Notes under the pieces: model-generated
What the model saw: only the letters and a program-made list of their open reading frames with translations
What the model was told of the DNA's origin: nothing
Database searches by the model: none
Program-made: the position numbers and the translations under genes
NCBI GenBank assembly: GCA_050084515.1
Contig: CM114271.1
Span: 17,856,001 to 17,920,000, forward strand
Source of the DNA: Blasia pusilla
Taxonomy: Eukaryota
Direction of reading: 5' to 3'
Length of the DNA: 64,000 nt
In this document: in pieces, positions 62,001 through 64,000 of the stretch
How the letters are laid out: each line of letters begins with the position of its first letter
How positions within the stretch are numbered: position 1 is the stretch's first letter

Positions 62001-64000
62001 CAAAGGCGTGAGGTAATATGCATGGCTTTTGTTGAGTCAATTTTTTTCTTATTTCTCTTACGAATATTTTAGGTACTTTATTTACGTTTTAACTTCTATA
62101 TTTGTTGCTTGTAATAGAGAATTGGTATTCCGACCCTTCCATTGGATGTTCATATTATTAATCTTGCGTTATTGGAGGTCCATTACCATCTTCAAGATCA
62201 TGGTAAAAGTATGGCGGACTTCCCTGACATGCCTCAACCAAATATCCAAACTCGTGATTTATCTATTTCGCGTCTAGAAGAAGAAGAGCTCTCCTACGAT
62301 CATGATATTCTTTGTGAACGTGTGAGAGTAGGAGAGATGTCTTTAAATGATGGACAACGCGCGATTTGGGAAGTTGTTTGTAATGCTTTTCGCGATATCT
62401 TATAGGATGCGCCACCTTCTGTAAGTGGATATTATATATAGTATATTTTATTATTAATTTCTTAAACTTTTTATTTATTTAAGTTTTCTTTTAAAGTGCT
62501 TTTCTGTGACGAAAAATATGGATTTTTCAGGCAAAACTTTTCTTTATCGATGGTCCTGGCGGAATAGGAAATTTTTTTTTGTACAACCTTCTTCTTGCAA
62601 TGGTACGGAGCGAGGGTCATATAGCTCTTGCAGTTGCATCTTCGGGGATTGCCGCTTTATTATTGGATGGAGGTCGTACTGCTCATTCTCGATTCAAGAT
62701 TCCTATCCAAGTACATGAAAGTTCCACTTGCAAGTAAGTCTAGATTTAAGATTTATTTTCCTTTTATGGCATGCATATTATTGTTTTATTTTTTGATTAT
62801 CCTTCATAAATGTTCCTCATATATTGTTTGTTATTGATTTTCCAGCCTATCGGTCAATAGTCATATGGCCCGCCTTATACAAAAGGCGAAGTTGATCGTG
62901 TGGGATGAAGCTCCTATGACGAATCACGCATTTGAGGTCGTTAATCGTACTTTCCAAGATATCATGGGTTTGATGGATCTCGATTACGAGATTTGCCTTT
63001 TGGGGAAAATCATTTTATTTGGTGGTGACTTCCGACAACTTCTTCCATTGTTTAAATCGGAGATCGTGCCGCTGATTGTGCGTGCAACACTTAGAGATCT
63101 CCTATTTGGTTTGACGTGAGATTATTGAAACTCACTACCAACATGAGAGTCAATACTATACAAGGTATTAAAGAATAAACCTAATATTTCACCTTTTTCA
63201 TTTCATGTGGTTTTTGTTTATTTTTAATATTTACTAATTTCTTCATTTTATATTTATTATCAGGATATGCACGAGAAGAGCAAGAAACCTTTGCAAAGTG
63301 GTTATTAGAGGTAGGAGAGGGTCGTGTACCGTTACATTTGGACCTTGGAGAGGATTTTATACAAGTTCCGGATGCGATAATTGTTAAAACCACAAGGATC
63401 AATGATTTCATTGACATTGTTTATGGACACGATGTTCATAAGTGGAGTGATATTGATTTCTTGAGGGGTACATCCATTTTGTCAACTAAGAATACTACTG
63501 TGGATATTATAAACGGAGAAATCATGTCTCGATTTCCAGGAGAGGTAATATTCATATTCTTGAATATCATTATTCTATTTTGATTGTTCTACTGCTACAT
63601 TTTTCTATGATCTCTCTTATTTTAATGATTTATTTTGTTTTTGCAGGAGCATACCTTCTTGAGTGCTGATTTTGTTTCCGACGATGAGATGAGACTTGTT
63701 TATCCAACAGAATTTCTGAATACATGTTTACCATCTGGATTGCCACCTCATTGTTTGACTTTGAAGATTGGAGCTCCGATAATGCTATTACGGAATATGA
63801 ATGGAGCAAAGGGACAAGCAAACGGGACTCGGCTGGTGATAGCTGGCTTTAGTCGACATCTTATAGATACAACAATTATCACGGGAAAAAACATTGGAGC
63901 TCGAGTTTTCATTCCACGCATTCCATTGATTGCTTATGATTCCGGCCTACCTTTTGATTTACGACGATTTCAATTTCCTATCCGTCCTGCTTTTGCAATG
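59080..64000 (+). pseudogene. Helitron Rep/PIF1 helicase, intron-containing, disrupted
   Basis: Motifs RNARAYNSALQLAS, PPQFAQIYIHD, ILPSSFIGGPRHM, GKPDYFLTMTCNPKWPEI, VEFQKRGLPHVH, MIHGPCG, VVPYNP, IVWDEAPM, GGDFRQLLP and QFPIRPAFAM. AT-rich GT-AG introns; premature stops (e.g. TGA 59850-59852) and frameshifts. Confidence 0.95.

Larger units (their letters stand above)
53079..64000 (+). mobile_element. Canonical Helitron, running off the right edge of the window
   Basis: Candidate 5' end A|TCTATACAATAAT at 53079, accessory intron-containing ORFs at 55847-58993, and a RepHel gene from about 59080. Confidence 0.85.

Overview
Eukaryotic nuclear DNA, most likely from a seed-free land plant (moss-like). 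This assignment is inferred from GT-AG introns, plant-type genes and plant TE families. Three host genes are present: a spliced DUF1442-like gene with a C-terminal ACT domain (20238-22928, +), an intronless 26S proteasome lid subunit RPN6 (30745-32118, +) and a multi-exon TMX2-like thioredoxin (34931-39183, -). The rest is mostly nested, decayed transposons. These include a Ty1/copia element with paired LTRs and a 5-bp TSD inserted in a P-element-like DDE transposase, LINE-like remnants, a canonical intron-containing Helitron and a second rolling-circle relic with a Helitron2/Helentron-type Rep motif. The most notable signal is a Ty3/gypsy family. In two separate copies (3878-4060 and 46697-46999) it carries a DNMT3-like C5 cytosine methyltransferase N-terminus next to the protease, and one copy ends in a PHD finger. 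The inferred ancestral order is Gag-PR-DNMT-RT-RH-IN-PHD. All copies here are broken and the methyltransferase catalytic PC motif is not retained, so activity cannot be claimed from this window.
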